64,000 bases of DNA, from positions 434,001 through 498,000 of the forward strand of contig NZ_JMCB01000006.1 of assembly GCF_000737315.1 (NCBI RefSeq), given 5' to 3'. The translations under genes and the position numbers were made by a program. Position 1 is the first letter of the stretch. Each line of letters begins with the position of its first letter. The notes beneath the pieces are model-generated. The model did not search any database. It was not told the origin of the DNA and saw only the letters and a list, made by a program, of their open reading frames with translations. This stretch comes from Hyalangium minutum (GTDB lineage Bacteria; Myxococcota; Myxococcia; Myxococcales; Myxococcaceae). Positions 1 through 10,100 of this stretch are shown one piece after another.

Positions 1-581
1 GCGTACACCGTCGCGTCGAACGAGGTGGGGTGCTCTCCCTGCAGGAATGGCTTGTCACCCAGCAGCACTGCCACGGCGGTGAGGTCCGCCTTGCCCATCT
101 CCAGGACCTCCTCGGGCTGGTGACGCCCCATCCCCTGGGCCCGGCTCGCCTTGATCATACCCCGGCGGATCAGCGACGGAACGACCTTGCCGACGACAGG
201 TGGGAACAAGGACTCGAAGATGGGCCGGTTGACCGTCCACCCATCCTCCGCGATCCAGCGGTCATGGATGATGTTCCAATAGGTGCTCTCCTCCAGCATG
301 CGGCGCACGGCGTGGCCCGTGGCGGACTGCTCCGGGGTGAGCTTCGCGTCCAGCACGTCCCCGTGCTTGCGCTTGAGGTGCTCGATGATGTGCTGGGAGT
401 CCCCCAGGAACTTCCCGTCCTCCTCGATGAAGGGGATCTTCCCTTTCGGGGCCTTCCCGAAGCCCCCCACGGCCACCGTGTAGGGAACCTTCGTCATCCG
501 GAGGTAGCTCTCCAGCTTGAGGCAATACGGGCTGATGTTGGCGACGCCCCAGGCGGCCGGTCCTTGATACAGGGTGATCAT
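1..581 (-). CDS. Glutathione S-transferase-like protein (metaxin/FAX-type), 3' end runs off the window
   Basis: Manual translation from ATG at 581: MITLYQGPAAWGVANISPYCLKLESYLRM...APKGKIPFIEEDGKFLGDSQHIIEHL. SPYC, GKIP and DS motifs of the GST N-domain; GGGAG RBS; absent from the ORF track because there is no stop in the window. Confidence 0.85.
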   Translation of the reverse strand, partial: MITLYQGPAAWGVANISPYCLKLESYLRMTKVPYTVAVGGFGKAPKGKIPFIEEDGKFLGDSQHIIEHLKRKHGDVLDAKLTPEQSATGHAVRRMLEESTYWNIIHDRWIAEDGWTVNRPIFESLFPPVVGKVVPSLIRRGMIKASRAQGMGRHQPEEVLEMGKADLTAVAVLLGDKPFLQGEHPTSFDATVY

Positions 582-597
582 TGTTCTCCCTCGTGGG

Positions 598-1929
598 TCA
601 GCTCCCAGCCACTTCACGCAGCGAGGCCTCCACGCCGTGGAGCAGCTCGTCCAAGGCCTCGTCCGGGATGTTGAGCGCGGGCGCGATGTAGACCGTATCC
701 CCCAGTGGCCTCAAGTAGAGACCGCGGCGGCGTGCGGCCTCGTACACGCGCCAACCCCCATGGGACAGGTACCCGCCGCCGCCCAGGTCCACCGCACCCA
801 CCATGCCCAGCGCCCGGGGCCGCACCAGGCCCGGCACCGTGGAGGCCATCCGCTCGAAGGCGGCCTTCACCCGGATCGACTTGCGCGCCACCTGCCCCAG
901 CACGTCCTCGTCCCGGTACACCGCGAGCACCTCGCGCGCCACCGCGGACCCCAGCGGGTTCCCGCAGTACGAGTGCCCGTAGTACAGCGCCCGGTCCTTC
1001 GCACCGAGGAAGCCCGAGAACACCCGCTCCGTCGCCAGCGTCGCGCCGAAGGGCAAGAGCCCGCCGCTCAGCGCCTTGGCCAGGCACAGCAGGTCCGGTA
1101 CCACGTCCGCGAGGTCCACCGCGAAGCGCGCGCCCGTGCGCCCCAGGCCGGTGAACACCTCGTCCGCGATGAGGAACGTGTCCACCGCGCGCGTGGCCTC
1201 GCGCACCGCCTTCACGAAGGCCGGGGAGTAGAGCTGCATGCCCGCCGCGCCCTGGAGCACCGGCTCGAGGATGACGCCCGCCACCGTGTCGCCCTGCTCG
1301 CGCAGCGTCCGCTCCACCGCCGCGAACGCCCGCTCCCAGCCACCCTCCTCCGCTGGCGAGGGCACGTGCACCACGTCGAACAGCAGCGGCCCGAACACCT
1401 CGCGGAACAGCGGCACGCCGCCCACGCTCGTGGCGCCCACCGTCTCGCCGTGGAAGGCGCCGGAGAGCGTGATGAAGCGCGTGCGCTGGGGCCGGCCGTT
1501 CTGCGCCCAGTACTGCGCGGCCATCTTGATGGCCACCTCCACCGCCGTGCTCCCGTTGTCCGAGTAGAAGACGCGAGAGAGCCGCTGGTCCGTGGGCAGC
1601 CCGGCCCGCTCCGCTCCGGGCGCAATGGCCACGAGCTCCTCCGCCAGCCGGGCCGCCGGCTCGTGGGTGATGCCCGCGAGGGACACGTGGGCCAGCGCCG
1701 AGGCCTGCTCCACCAGTGCCTTCACCAGCCGTGGGTGCCGGTGTCCCAGGGTGGACACCCACCACGAGCCGTTCGCATCCAGGTAGCGGCGGCCGTCCGC
1801 GTCATAGAGGTAGGGGCCCTCGGCGCGGACCACCACCATCGGGTCGGTCTGGGCGATGTAGGTCTCCATCGCCGTGTACGGGTGCCAGACGTGCCGCTTG
1901 TCCAGGGTGACGATGTCCGCTCGCTTCAC
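598..1929 (-). CDS. bioA: Adenosylmethionine-8-amino-7-oxononanoate aminotransferase
   Basis: VWHPYT, YLDANGSWW, SDNGSTAVEVAIKMA, FHGET, IADEV, LAKALSGG (PLP lysine), YGHSYCGNP; class III aminotransferase of BioA type. Confidence 0.93.
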   Translation of the reverse strand: MKRADIVTLDKRHVWHPYTAMETYIAQTDPMVVVRAEGPYLYDADGRRYLDANGSWWVSTLGHRHPRLVKALVEQASALAHVSLAGITHEPAARLAEELVAIAPGAERAGLPTDQRLSRVFYSDNGSTAVEVAIKMAAQYWAQNGRPQRTRFITLSGAFHGETVGATSVGGVPLFREVFGPLLFDVVHVPSPAEEGGWERAFAAVERTLREQGDTVAGVILEPVLQGAAGMQLYSPAFVKAVREATRAVDTFLIADEVFTGLGRTGARFAVDLADVVPDLLCLAKALSGGLLPFGATLATERVFSGFLGAKDRALYYGHSYCGNPLGSAVAREVLAVYRDEDVLGQVARKSIRVKAAFERMASTVPGLVRPRALGMVGAVDLGGGGYLSHGGWRVYEAARRRGLYLRPLGDTVYIAPALNIPDEALDELLHGVEASLREVAGS

Positions 1930-2020
1930 GTGTGCTCCGGAAATTCACCGAAAAATCGGCCGGGAAGATCCTTCGCGCGCCCCGTTAGGTCAACGAACCT
2001 CGACACACGGAGCTGCTTCC

Positions 2021-3145
2021 ATGAAGAACTTCTCGCTTCCCTCCACCCGCTCGCTGCTCGCCGCAGGGCTCGCGTTCGCCAGTCTCACCACGCTGGGCTG
2101 CGACCCGGCGGCTCAGCCCCCCGAGCCCCCGAGCTACGAGGAGCAGCTGAAAGCGTTCGATCCCGCGCAGTCGCCGGACTGGAAGCTGGAGGGCATCGTC
2201 CCGCAGCGCGAGCACGCCGAAGGCGAGGCGATGGACCCGGCCGCCCCTCCGAAGGTTCCCTCTGGGGACTACCTCATCCTGGCCGACGGCCGCATGTTCC
2301 GGTACGTGGGCCAGGAGCCGCTGCCCGAGGCGCTCTTCAGCGGCGGCGGCAGCGACCGGGGCGAGGACGTGGACGCCGCGGGGCTGGGCTCGCAGGAGCA
2401 GGGCATCATCATCGGCACGGATGGCCGCAGCGTGGTCACCAGCGACACGACGCTGCGCGCCTGGCCGCACCGCTCCATCGGGGCGGTCATCTACAGCTCG
2501 ACGGCCACCAGCGGCGGCTGCACCGCGACGATGATTGGCCCTCGGCACGCGGTCACCGCAGCGCACTGCCTGCATGATGGCGCGGGCACGTGGTACTGGC
2601 CGCTGTACTTCTCCCCGGGTCACAAGGGTGAGGGCAGCGACCGCACGCCGAACGGGGCCTACCGCAAGGTCGTGGCCCGCTACGCGCGGACCTACGATGC
2701 GGGCTGGGACTACGGGCTGCTCATCCTCGAGGACCGGCCGGAGACGGCAAGCCTGGGCTGGCTGGGCTTCGGGTGGTGGAGCAGCGACTCCTTCTATGAG
2801 GACCGTGCGCTGCGCGTCTTTGGCTACCCGGGAGCGAACTACGCGTGCGCGGCCTCGCCGAACTCGGACGGCACCTGCGGCGGGTACATGTACCAGTCGT
2901 TCTGCTCGGTGTCCGACTACTCGAGCGACGTGCTGTACCACCAGTGTGACACCCAGAACGGCAACAGCGGCTCGGCGCTGCAGAGCTGGGTGGGCAGCGA
3001 CCTGTACGTGATTGGCGTGCACAAGGGCGCTCCGAACTCGACCGCCAACTACGGGCCGCGCTTCACGCAGCAGAAGGCCTCGGTGGACCTGTGCGGCTGG
3101 ATCAAGCAGTGGCCGAGCATCTACGCCTCGCGCAGCTGCAACTGA
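2021..3145 (+). CDS. Secreted trypsin-like (V8/glutamyl endopeptidase-type) serine protease, probable lipoprotein
   Basis: Signal/lipobox LTTLGC; catalytic motifs TAAHCL, DYGLL, GNSGS; start at ATG 2021 after GGAG. Confidence 0.88.
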   Translation: MKNFSLPSTRSLLAAGLAFASLTTLGCDPAAQPPEPPSYEEQLKAFDPAQSPDWKLEGIVPQREHAEGEAMDPAAPPKVPSGDYLILADGRMFRYVGQEPLPEALFSGGGSDRGEDVDAAGLGSQEQGIIIGTDGRSVVTSDTTLRAWPHRSIGAVIYSSTATSGGCTATMIGPRHAVTAAHCLHDGAGTWYWPLYFSPGHKGEGSDRTPNGAYRKVVARYARTYDAGWDYGLLILEDRPETASLGWLGFGWWSSDSFYEDRALRVFGYPGANYACAASPNSDGTCGGYMYQSFCSVSDYSSDVLYHQCDTQNGNSGSALQSWVGSDLYVIGVHKGAPNSTANYGPRFTQQKASVDLCGWIKQWPSIYASRSCN

Positions 3146-3175
3146 CCTACCGGTGGCCCTGCGGCACCTCTTGGG

Positions 3176-3200
3176 CTTGCCGCCATGAGTAGGCGGCGAG
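3176..3200 (+). terminator. GC-rich hairpin downstream of the protease gene
   Basis: CTTGCCGCC-ATGAGTA-GGCGGCGAG, 9-bp stem including one G-U pair; no U tract. Confidence 0.35.
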
Positions 3201-3245
3201 CCCGAGCCTGGATGGGCATAAGCACCTCCCCACGAACAGGGAGGT

Positions 3246-3482
3246 ATGCGGATGTCCCGACGTTTCTCTACCCGAACGCTCCTGAGGGCGCTGCGCGCGC
3301 TCGGCTGCCGCCCAGGGCCAGCGCGTGGTGGCTCTCACCAGACCTGGCTCACCCCCGGTGGCGCCACATTGACCGTGGTGTTGGGCCGCCGTGGCGCAGC
3401 GGTCTCCCCAGGAACCGAGGCCAGCATCCGCCGCACGCTGGGGCGAGAGGGACTGAGCCTCTGTCCACGTAGGCGTAGGTAG
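3246..3482 (+). CDS. hicA: HicA-family mRNA interferase toxin
   Basis: 78 aa, basic; pattern LLRALRALGC...RGGSHQTWLTPGG.TLTV...VSPGTEASIRR matches the HicA dsRBD-like fold with GSH motif; GGAGG RBS. Confidence 0.75.
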   Translation: MRMSRRFSTRTLLRALRALGCRPGPARGGSHQTWLTPGGATLTVVLGRRGAAVSPGTEASIRRTLGREGLSLCPRRRR

Positions 3483-3520
3483 TCCCTCCCCTTGCCGCCA
3501 GGGGTTGGCTGCCGCGTGCG

Positions 3521-5218
3521 GTGCCTGAGCACATCCTGAGCGAGAAACCCTCGGAGGTCTCTACACTGCTCGCTCCCGGCTCTATGAGTAACTTTCCCCC
3601 TTCCCACACCGCTTCCGGCGCACCCCAGCCCGAGGCTCCCTTGCCCACCAGTGGCGAGATCATCGGGTTTCTCGCGAAGACGATGGAGTGGTCCTTCGAG
3701 CCTGTAAAGCCGCGAACCTGGCGGAACTTCACCGCCGGCAAGCGCGTCAGCATGGAGACGCGACAGGCGGTCTTTCGAGAGCTGGCGGGCATGTTCGTGA
3801 CGGCAGCCCCCACGGCCGATCCCGAAGTTCACGAAGCGCTGCTGGCAGAGGCGGAACACCTGTTCTCCTCGAATGCGGACTGGTGGGACGGTCTCGTCCG
3901 TTTGGTGGCCAGCATCCCCGCCGCTGACTCGGCCCGGCTCACGCCCCAGGTCGCGCTCCGACTTGCAACCAGCGAGCTCGCCCAGCGCTTCGCCGCAGTC
4001 CTCGCGCTGGTCCGACAGCCCTGTCCCTCCGAGGAGCTACCCGACTGGCTTCAAGAAAATGCGATGCGGGACACGCTCCGAGCGCTCTTAAAAGGGGCCG
4101 GGGTCACACGGGAGGCACTCGCCACGGCCTGCAAGGTAGAGAAGCAAGCCGTGGACAAGTGGTTGGACGCGCCCCTTCCTCCAGACAGGCGCATCAAGAG
4201 CATCGTCAATGTGAGCTTGAAACAGCTGCCGCCCGAGGCGCGTCGCGAGGTCAGTGATGACCTGCTCAGGCTGCGCTTGAAGGCGAAGCTCGCGGAGCGG
4301 CTCGCGGCCAGGATCGGATGGCCAGAGTTGAAGGAGCTCGGCAGGGCCTTCTTCCGGCTCACGCGATCGGCTCTCGCGGCACTCGAACAGGTCTCCTTCG
4401 CCTCAGACGAAGAGCGCGCCCGCCAGCTCGTAGAGTGGCTGAGGATGGGCAGCGATGCCCCGATAGCCCAGAAAATCCAGCCCCGGGTCGCGGCAGCCGA
4501 GCGAGATAGATACTGGGCTCAAGTGGCGCAGCTCTCCTCGGAGGCCTGGTTCAAGCGACTCATGCTCGCCCAGCGCTTGCCCACGGCGCTCTCCAGGCTC
4601 AGAGAGATCATCAACTCGAAGCAGGTGCGCCACTACAACCCGGCCCATCTGGAGCTGATGGAGCGCATCCTGATGCGAGCCCCCTTGGCCCCGGAGGCGG
4701 TGGTCGATTTCCTGTCAGGTTCCTACCCTGGCTCAGATCCCGATGACGGGCCGAGGGATGCGTACGAATTCTATGTCCAACGGTTCGACGACATTCTGAA
4801 GGAACCCGACCGGGTTGTCGCCGTGCGGCGGCTCGAAAGGATCATCGACCTGCTGCCTCTGTGCATTGAAGTCAGGCCAGATACCCGCCTGCGAGGGGAC
4901 TTCGAACGGCTGGCCTGCCGCTATCACTGCTTGCGAGTCCTCCGGCTCCTTGAGCAGTACCAGGACACTCAGCGCCCTGGTGCCAGCATTCTCCTGCCCA
5001 CCGCGCGCTCCGCGGTGGAACAAGCCCTCCAAGAGCTGAGCCTTGCGCTGTCGGCCCTCAATGCGGAGCAGTCCCAGAACTCGCGTGAGGATGTTCAGCG
5101 GGCCAGGGCCACCCTGGTAGCCCTTCAGCAAGCACTGGAGCAAGGTGACACGCAGACCGCCGTACGTCTCGCGGGCACACTCTCACTCGACACCCAGGAG
5201 CCGCGCTCCACCCCTTAA
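3521..5218 (+). CDS. Large hypothetical protein with internal XRE-type HTH (start may be ATG 3584)
   Basis: Segment LRALLKGAGVTREALATACKVEKQAVDKWLDAPLPP (~4064-4190) fits the Cro/C1 HTH pattern; remainder predicted helical; more A/T-ending codons than flanking genes. Confidence 0.6.
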   Translation: MPEHILSEKPSEVSTLLAPGSMSNFPPSHTASGAPQPEAPLPTSGEIIGFLAKTMEWSFEPVKPRTWRNFTAGKRVSMETRQAVFRELAGMFVTAAPTADPEVHEALLAEAEHLFSSNADWWDGLVRLVASIPAADSARLTPQVALRLATSELAQRFAAVLALVRQPCPSEELPDWLQENAMRDTLRALLKGAGVTREALATACKVEKQAVDKWLDAPLPPDRRIKSIVNVSLKQLPPEARREVSDDLLRLRLKAKLAERLAARIGWPELKELGRAFFRLTRSALAALEQVSFASDEERARQLVEWLRMGSDAPIAQKIQPRVAAAERDRYWAQVAQLSSEAWFKRLMLAQRLPTALSRLREIINSKQVRHYNPAHLELMERILMRAPLAPEAVVDFLSGSYPGSDPDDGPRDAYEFYVQRFDDILKEPDRVVAVRRLERIIDLLPLCIEVRPDTRLRGDFERLACRYHCLRVLRLLEQYQDTQRPGASILLPTARSAVEQALQELSLALSALNAEQSQNSREDVQRARATLVALQQALEQGDTQTAVRLAGTLSLDTQEPRSTP

Positions 5219-5336
5219 CCATCGGCCGTCGCAAGGGAGTGGTGGCGCAGGGCCAGGAAGAAGTCAGGCAAGCTGGCAAGCCAGGTGCGTGACTGCCGAA
5301 CCTGTCCTCCCGTGATTTCGTGGTATCGGGAAAGAC

Positions 5337-7016
5337 GTGGAGACGCGCCCCACCCTCTTCGAGCCACAGCCGGACCCTCGCTCCGTCTCCGAGGCCTTTC
5401 CGAGCCCGTTCGATGAGCTGGGTCCCTCCGCGCTGGCCCGCCGCGCCGCGGAGGTGATGCAGGCGGAACTCCGAGGAGGCCTCATCGCCCCCGGGCTCCC
5501 GGCGGCGCTGCTCGATGGACCCGAGGGCGGCAAGATGTTCGGCGTGCTGGTGGTGCGAGAGCCCGGCGGCCGCGTGGGCTTCCTGCGCTCCTTCTCCGGC
5601 ATGCTCGCGGGGCGGTGGGAGGTCGAGGGCTTCGTCCCCCCCCTCTTCCACCGCACCGCCCGGGAGCAGGTGGAACCGGCGGGGGAGGCCACGGTGAAGG
5701 CACTGCTCGCCCGCTTCGAGGCGCACCAGTCCTCGGAGGAGCTGCGAGCGGTCCGCTCCGCGTACGCGTCCCAGGAGGCACGCCACGCCGAGGAGCGGGC
5801 AGCGCTGCGAGCCCGGCACGACGCGAACCGGAAGCGGCGCCACGTCCGGAGGGCGGAGCTGGAGGCATCTGTCACGCTCACGGAGGCGGAGCGGCACGAG
5901 GCCCTCCATGCGCTGGACCAGGAGAGCCGGGGAGACAAGGCGGAGAAGCGCCGGGCCGACGCCGCACAGGAAGAGGAGCGACGGGCGCTGCTACCCCAGA
6001 AGGTGAAGCAGGAGCGGCGCCTGCGATCCCTGGAGCGCCTCCGGCAGAAGGTCTGCCGTGAGCTGATGAAGCGGATCCACGACACCTACGAGGTGCCCAA
6101 CGCACGAGGCGAGCACCAGCCCTTGCGAGCCCTGTACGGCGTTGGGGAGCCGCCCTCGGGTGCTGGAGACTGCGCGGGGCCCAAGCTGCTCGCCTACGCC
6201 TTCCGGAACGGGCTGCGTCCGCTGGCCCTGGCCGAGTTCTGGTGGGGCGCGCCACCACCTGCGGGAGGACGCATCGCCGGAGCGTTCTATGCGGCATGCC
6301 AGGACAAGTGTGGGCCGCTGCTCCCGTTCATGCTGGAGGGCCTGGAAGTCGCGCCTCCTCGGACGTTCGCACCGCCAGCGGTGGTGGCAGATAACCTGTC
6401 CATCGTCTTCGAGGATCCGTGGCTGGTGGTGGTCGACAAGCCCGCGGGGCTGCTCTCGGTGCCTGCACGCGACACGTCCGTGACGGACTCCGTGCTCGCA
6501 CGGCTGCGCGCCCGGTATCCCCGCGCGATGGGGCCGCTCCTCGTACACCGGCTGGATCTAGACACGTCCGGGCTGCTCGTCGCGGCGCTCGACCCGGAGA
6601 CGTACGTGGACCTGCAGCGGCAGTTCACAGGCCGCGAGGTCCAGAAGCGCTACGTGGCGTGGCTTGCGGGGGACGCCCGAGGTGAGCGGGGCACCATCGA
6701 CTTCCCCATGCGCGTGGACCTGGAGGACCGGCCCCGGCAGATCTACGACCCCGTGCACGGCAAGGCCGCCGTCACCGAGTGGCAGGTCCTCGAGCGCCGC
6801 GGCGGCCGCACCCGGGTGGCCTTCTTCCCGCTCACGGGCCGAACCCACCAACTTCGCGTGCACGCGGCGCATCCGCTCGGCCTCGGTGCGCCCATCGTCG
6901 GAGACCGGCTCTACGGGCACGAAGAGGGTCGCCTGCACCTGCACGCGGAGGCCCTTTCGTTCCGGCACCCCAAGACAGGGCAGCAGCTCTCATTCGAGCG
7001 GCCTGCCCCCTTCTGA
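5337..7016 (+). CDS. RluA-family pseudouridine synthase with long N-terminal extension
   Basis: VVDKPAGLLSVP, HRLDLDTSGLLV (catalytic Asp), TGRTHQLRVH, IVGDRLYG, LHLHA. Confidence 0.92.
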   Translation: METRPTLFEPQPDPRSVSEAFPSPFDELGPSALARRAAEVMQAELRGGLIAPGLPAALLDGPEGGKMFGVLVVREPGGRVGFLRSFSGMLAGRWEVEGFVPPLFHRTAREQVEPAGEATVKALLARFEAHQSSEELRAVRSAYASQEARHAEERAALRARHDANRKRRHVRRAELEASVTLTEAERHEALHALDQESRGDKAEKRRADAAQEEERRALLPQKVKQERRLRSLERLRQKVCRELMKRIHDTYEVPNARGEHQPLRALYGVGEPPSGAGDCAGPKLLAYAFRNGLRPLALAEFWWGAPPPAGGRIAGAFYAACQDKCGPLLPFMLEGLEVAPPRTFAPPAVVADNLSIVFEDPWLVVVDKPAGLLSVPARDTSVTDSVLARLRARYPRAMGPLLVHRLDLDTSGLLVAALDPETYVDLQRQFTGREVQKRYVAWLAGDARGERGTIDFPMRVDLEDRPRQIYDPVHGKAAVTEWQVLERRGGRTRVAFFPLTGRTHQLRVHAAHPLGLGAPIVGDRLYGHEEGRLHLHAEALSFRHPKTGQQLSFERPAPF

Positions 7017-7131
7017 GCAACGTCTCGGCCAGAAGCCCACTCGCACCTGAGGCGAAGGGAAGCGTTGTTCGGCGGCCCCAGCATGTCCACGCTCGCGCGA
7101 GGACGCCGTGGGCCGCCTCAGTATGGGCGGG

Positions 7132-10100
7132 TCACGGAAGAGATGTTGCACGCCCCAATTGTTCCGACACCTCGTTTCGAAACTCCTGCAGGGCTACGGT
7201 GTGTCCCTTCGGAGCCCTCTCCAGGAGAGGCTGGATGAGCTGCAGGAGTTCCCGCCAAGGTTCTAGCTCCGCCGCTGGAAGTTCGGCGCTTCCCGCCAGA
7301 AGAATGAGCCCGGCGGTCGCCCATACCCACTCGAGTTCATCTCTGGCTCCTGACCAACGTGTGTAGTCTCGAGAACGGGCGAATGGCACGGCGAGTTGTC
7401 GCCGCGCCTTGTCGACGACCGCGCGTATGGCCTTGAGCTGCGCCTCTCGTGCTTCTCTCGTTGCGCGGACCAAGCTCCAGGCGACGGCCTCGGACAGGTC
7501 GGGGTCCTCGTGCTGGTTGAACATGTAGGAGCGCGGCTCCGTCCCGATGAGACTCTTCAGTCGGGTCTCCAGAAGCGTTCCCCAGTGCTTCAGGACGTCA
7601 TCCCATGTCAGCTTTCCCGCGGTGACAAGGGGCGCGAGGAGTTCTTGGGTGGTGGACAGCGCCCACCCGGCCTCACCGGGGCCTCCGAGCCGGGAAACGA
7701 GCGGGAGTTGCTGGGCTCCCTCCGGAGAGGGAGGCCAAAGAGCGATGAGCGCATCGAAGAGCTGCATGCGCACTGTGCGCACGTCCTCCGTCTCTTGGAA
7801 GTCGTTGCGGTTGGCTTGCACTCGCAGCTCGCTCGTCATCTCGGCGAGTGCAACGAGTCGCTCCGTGAGTTCCAGTTGCTGAAGCTGCTGAAGGGCGTCC
7901 GAAACGGTAGCGGCGTGGGCCACGCGAGCAGTCGCGAGCGCGCGCATGAAGGGGATCGAGGAGCGGAACATCCGAGAGGTGAGTGCTCCTCCATTATCAT
8001 CATGAAGCGCGTCCACGATGGCCCCGAGGGCAGGAAGCAAGACATGCATCGCCGCCACATGGGCGGGGTCATTGCTGTGTCTCTGGGCCTCCGGGGGGAG
8101 GCGGACGGCCACTTGTTCGACGACACCCACCAACCTCTCGGGGGCAACCTCCGCCAGGTCATTCACTGCGCTGCGGACCGAGCGGTTCTGCTCCCCATAG
8201 TAGCGGAAACGATACGAATCCAGGGACTGCGCATCGTCCAGCACCTGGGCATAGGGGCGAAAGAAGAGGTGGCCGAGGCCAATGGCTCCCGGGTCTAGCG
8301 CTACGCCTTTCGTCCCGAATGGGGCGTCGCGCCACGGAGCGCTCGCGAGCAGTTGCTCAAGCCGTGAAGCCAGGCGTGGCATGCGCCGCGCGAGTTCCTC
8401 CTCGAACGCGCGCCTTTCCCCCTGCAGCTCCGCCCTCCAGGAAGAAAGGGCCATCCAGAGCCTCAGGAAGGTCGCTTCGTCGGCCGTGATCATCTGCTCA
8501 ATGAATGGGTCCAGGACCTGGAGTGCGGCGGGTGATGGCTCATAGCGGCCATTCACCAGGAGGTGAGCCGCTTCGAGCGAGGTCCGGAGCCTCATCTCAT
8601 CGAGACCTTCAAGCGCGGGGTCACCGAGCAAGCGTGAGAAGAACAGCGCCGCGTCTGGAACGCCCTTCGGGCCCGGCTGCTGCAGGCGCCCCTTGCGCTC
8701 CGCGCCCGACGCGAAGAGGGTGACGAGCTGCGCGTTGGGAACCACTTGAGGATCCGCAGCACGAAGAGCTGCGATGTACTCTCCCACGGACTCGAGCGTG
8801 TCGGGCGGGATGGGGACCACGAGCAAAGGTGCGTTCCTGGTGGCCCCCTGAAGCGAGTTGGAGAGTACGAACCCCTTCACCAACTGCGCTTCATCTCCGT
8901 AGACCAGGATATAGCGATCATGGAAAAGCTCGTCCCGGTTATTCCCCTTGCTCTGCAGATCGAGGACGGTGAGTCGAAGCTGCGCCAGAACTCCCAGGAG
9001 GTTCTTGCATGTCTCCGGGATGCGCTCGCGTCTGGGCTTCTTCTTGGGCTCTCCCTTCGGGCTCTCATCGTCCTTGGACGGCACCTGTGTATTTGTCAGG
9101 ACGACATACTCCGCCTGCGTACCCCGTGCCCGTCCGAGGAACTCGTAGATGCCGACGTCATCGAAAAAAGGGTCCACGATGACGAACGCAGTGGCGGACG
9201 CGTCGTCGGTCAGCTCACGGAACCATTCAACGAACCCGAGAAGCCCGGGCCCCTCCTGCTTGTCCCATCCTTTGGGAAAGAAACGCGCTTCGGAGCGCTC
9301 CGGAAAGAGCCGTGCGGCCAGTGCACTCGCGGCCTGCTCCGCCAGCTCGCGCGAGGACCGCTTTCCAGTGGAGCTGATTCGATAGGAGACCTGGTCGATG
9401 GCTCTCACCTTCGCGGCGCGCTCTTTGACTTGCTTGTGCGCCCGTTCCATGGACTGGGTCCATGGGGTCTCCAGGTGGCCTTTCAGGCCCGAGACACCCA
9501 TCCCCATGGACATCTCTCGGATGAGAGGGCTGTCACTTTCGAACCAGATGTGTGCGTTGTCGTTCTTGTCGAGGTACCAGATGGTCACGAGGATTCGGGT
9601 CAGTTCACTGGTGCAGGGGAACTCCAGCAGCGGCCCTCCGACGGACGTATGCCGGCACTCGTCATGGGCGACCTCCTCTCCATAGTAGAGCCGACACCGC
9701 GCTAGGAGGCGCGTGCCGGTGGGGAGAGGACCCGGGTGCACGCTGACCTGCACGGCCTTGGCAATGATTTCGTCGTCCTCGTCACGTTCGCGCCGCGTGC
9801 GGACCGTCACGAACTTGTTCTCGAAGACATCGGTCGCACTCGGGCATATCCACTCGATGTCGCCGAGACGCTTGGCATCCGCTCCAGTGAAGACGAGTCC
9901 CGTTTCGCTCTCGAGGTACTCGAGGCAGCCGCGCGCGAGATCATCCGCACCCGGGAGGGTGTCGCGAGTCGGGCGAGCGCCCGGAGGTGGTGAGCCTGGG
10001 CCCCGTTGCTTCACCCACAGTTCGATCTTCCTCGCATCGGTCACCGCGCAACTGCGGACAGGACTCGATGAGGAGGGGCTGGTCAGCGGTTGCCGTGTGC

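Noticed and set aside
574-2577. 667-aa plus-strand ORF
   Set aside because: Antisense shadow of bioA caused by high GC3; no motifs. The same applies to other long shadows such as 13918..16209, 16636..18480, 33589..35451, 36160..38298 and 61866..63518.
8746-9705. 319-aa ORF antisense to the PLD-like gene
   Set aside because: No RBS or motif recognised; fully nested opposite a better-supported CDS.
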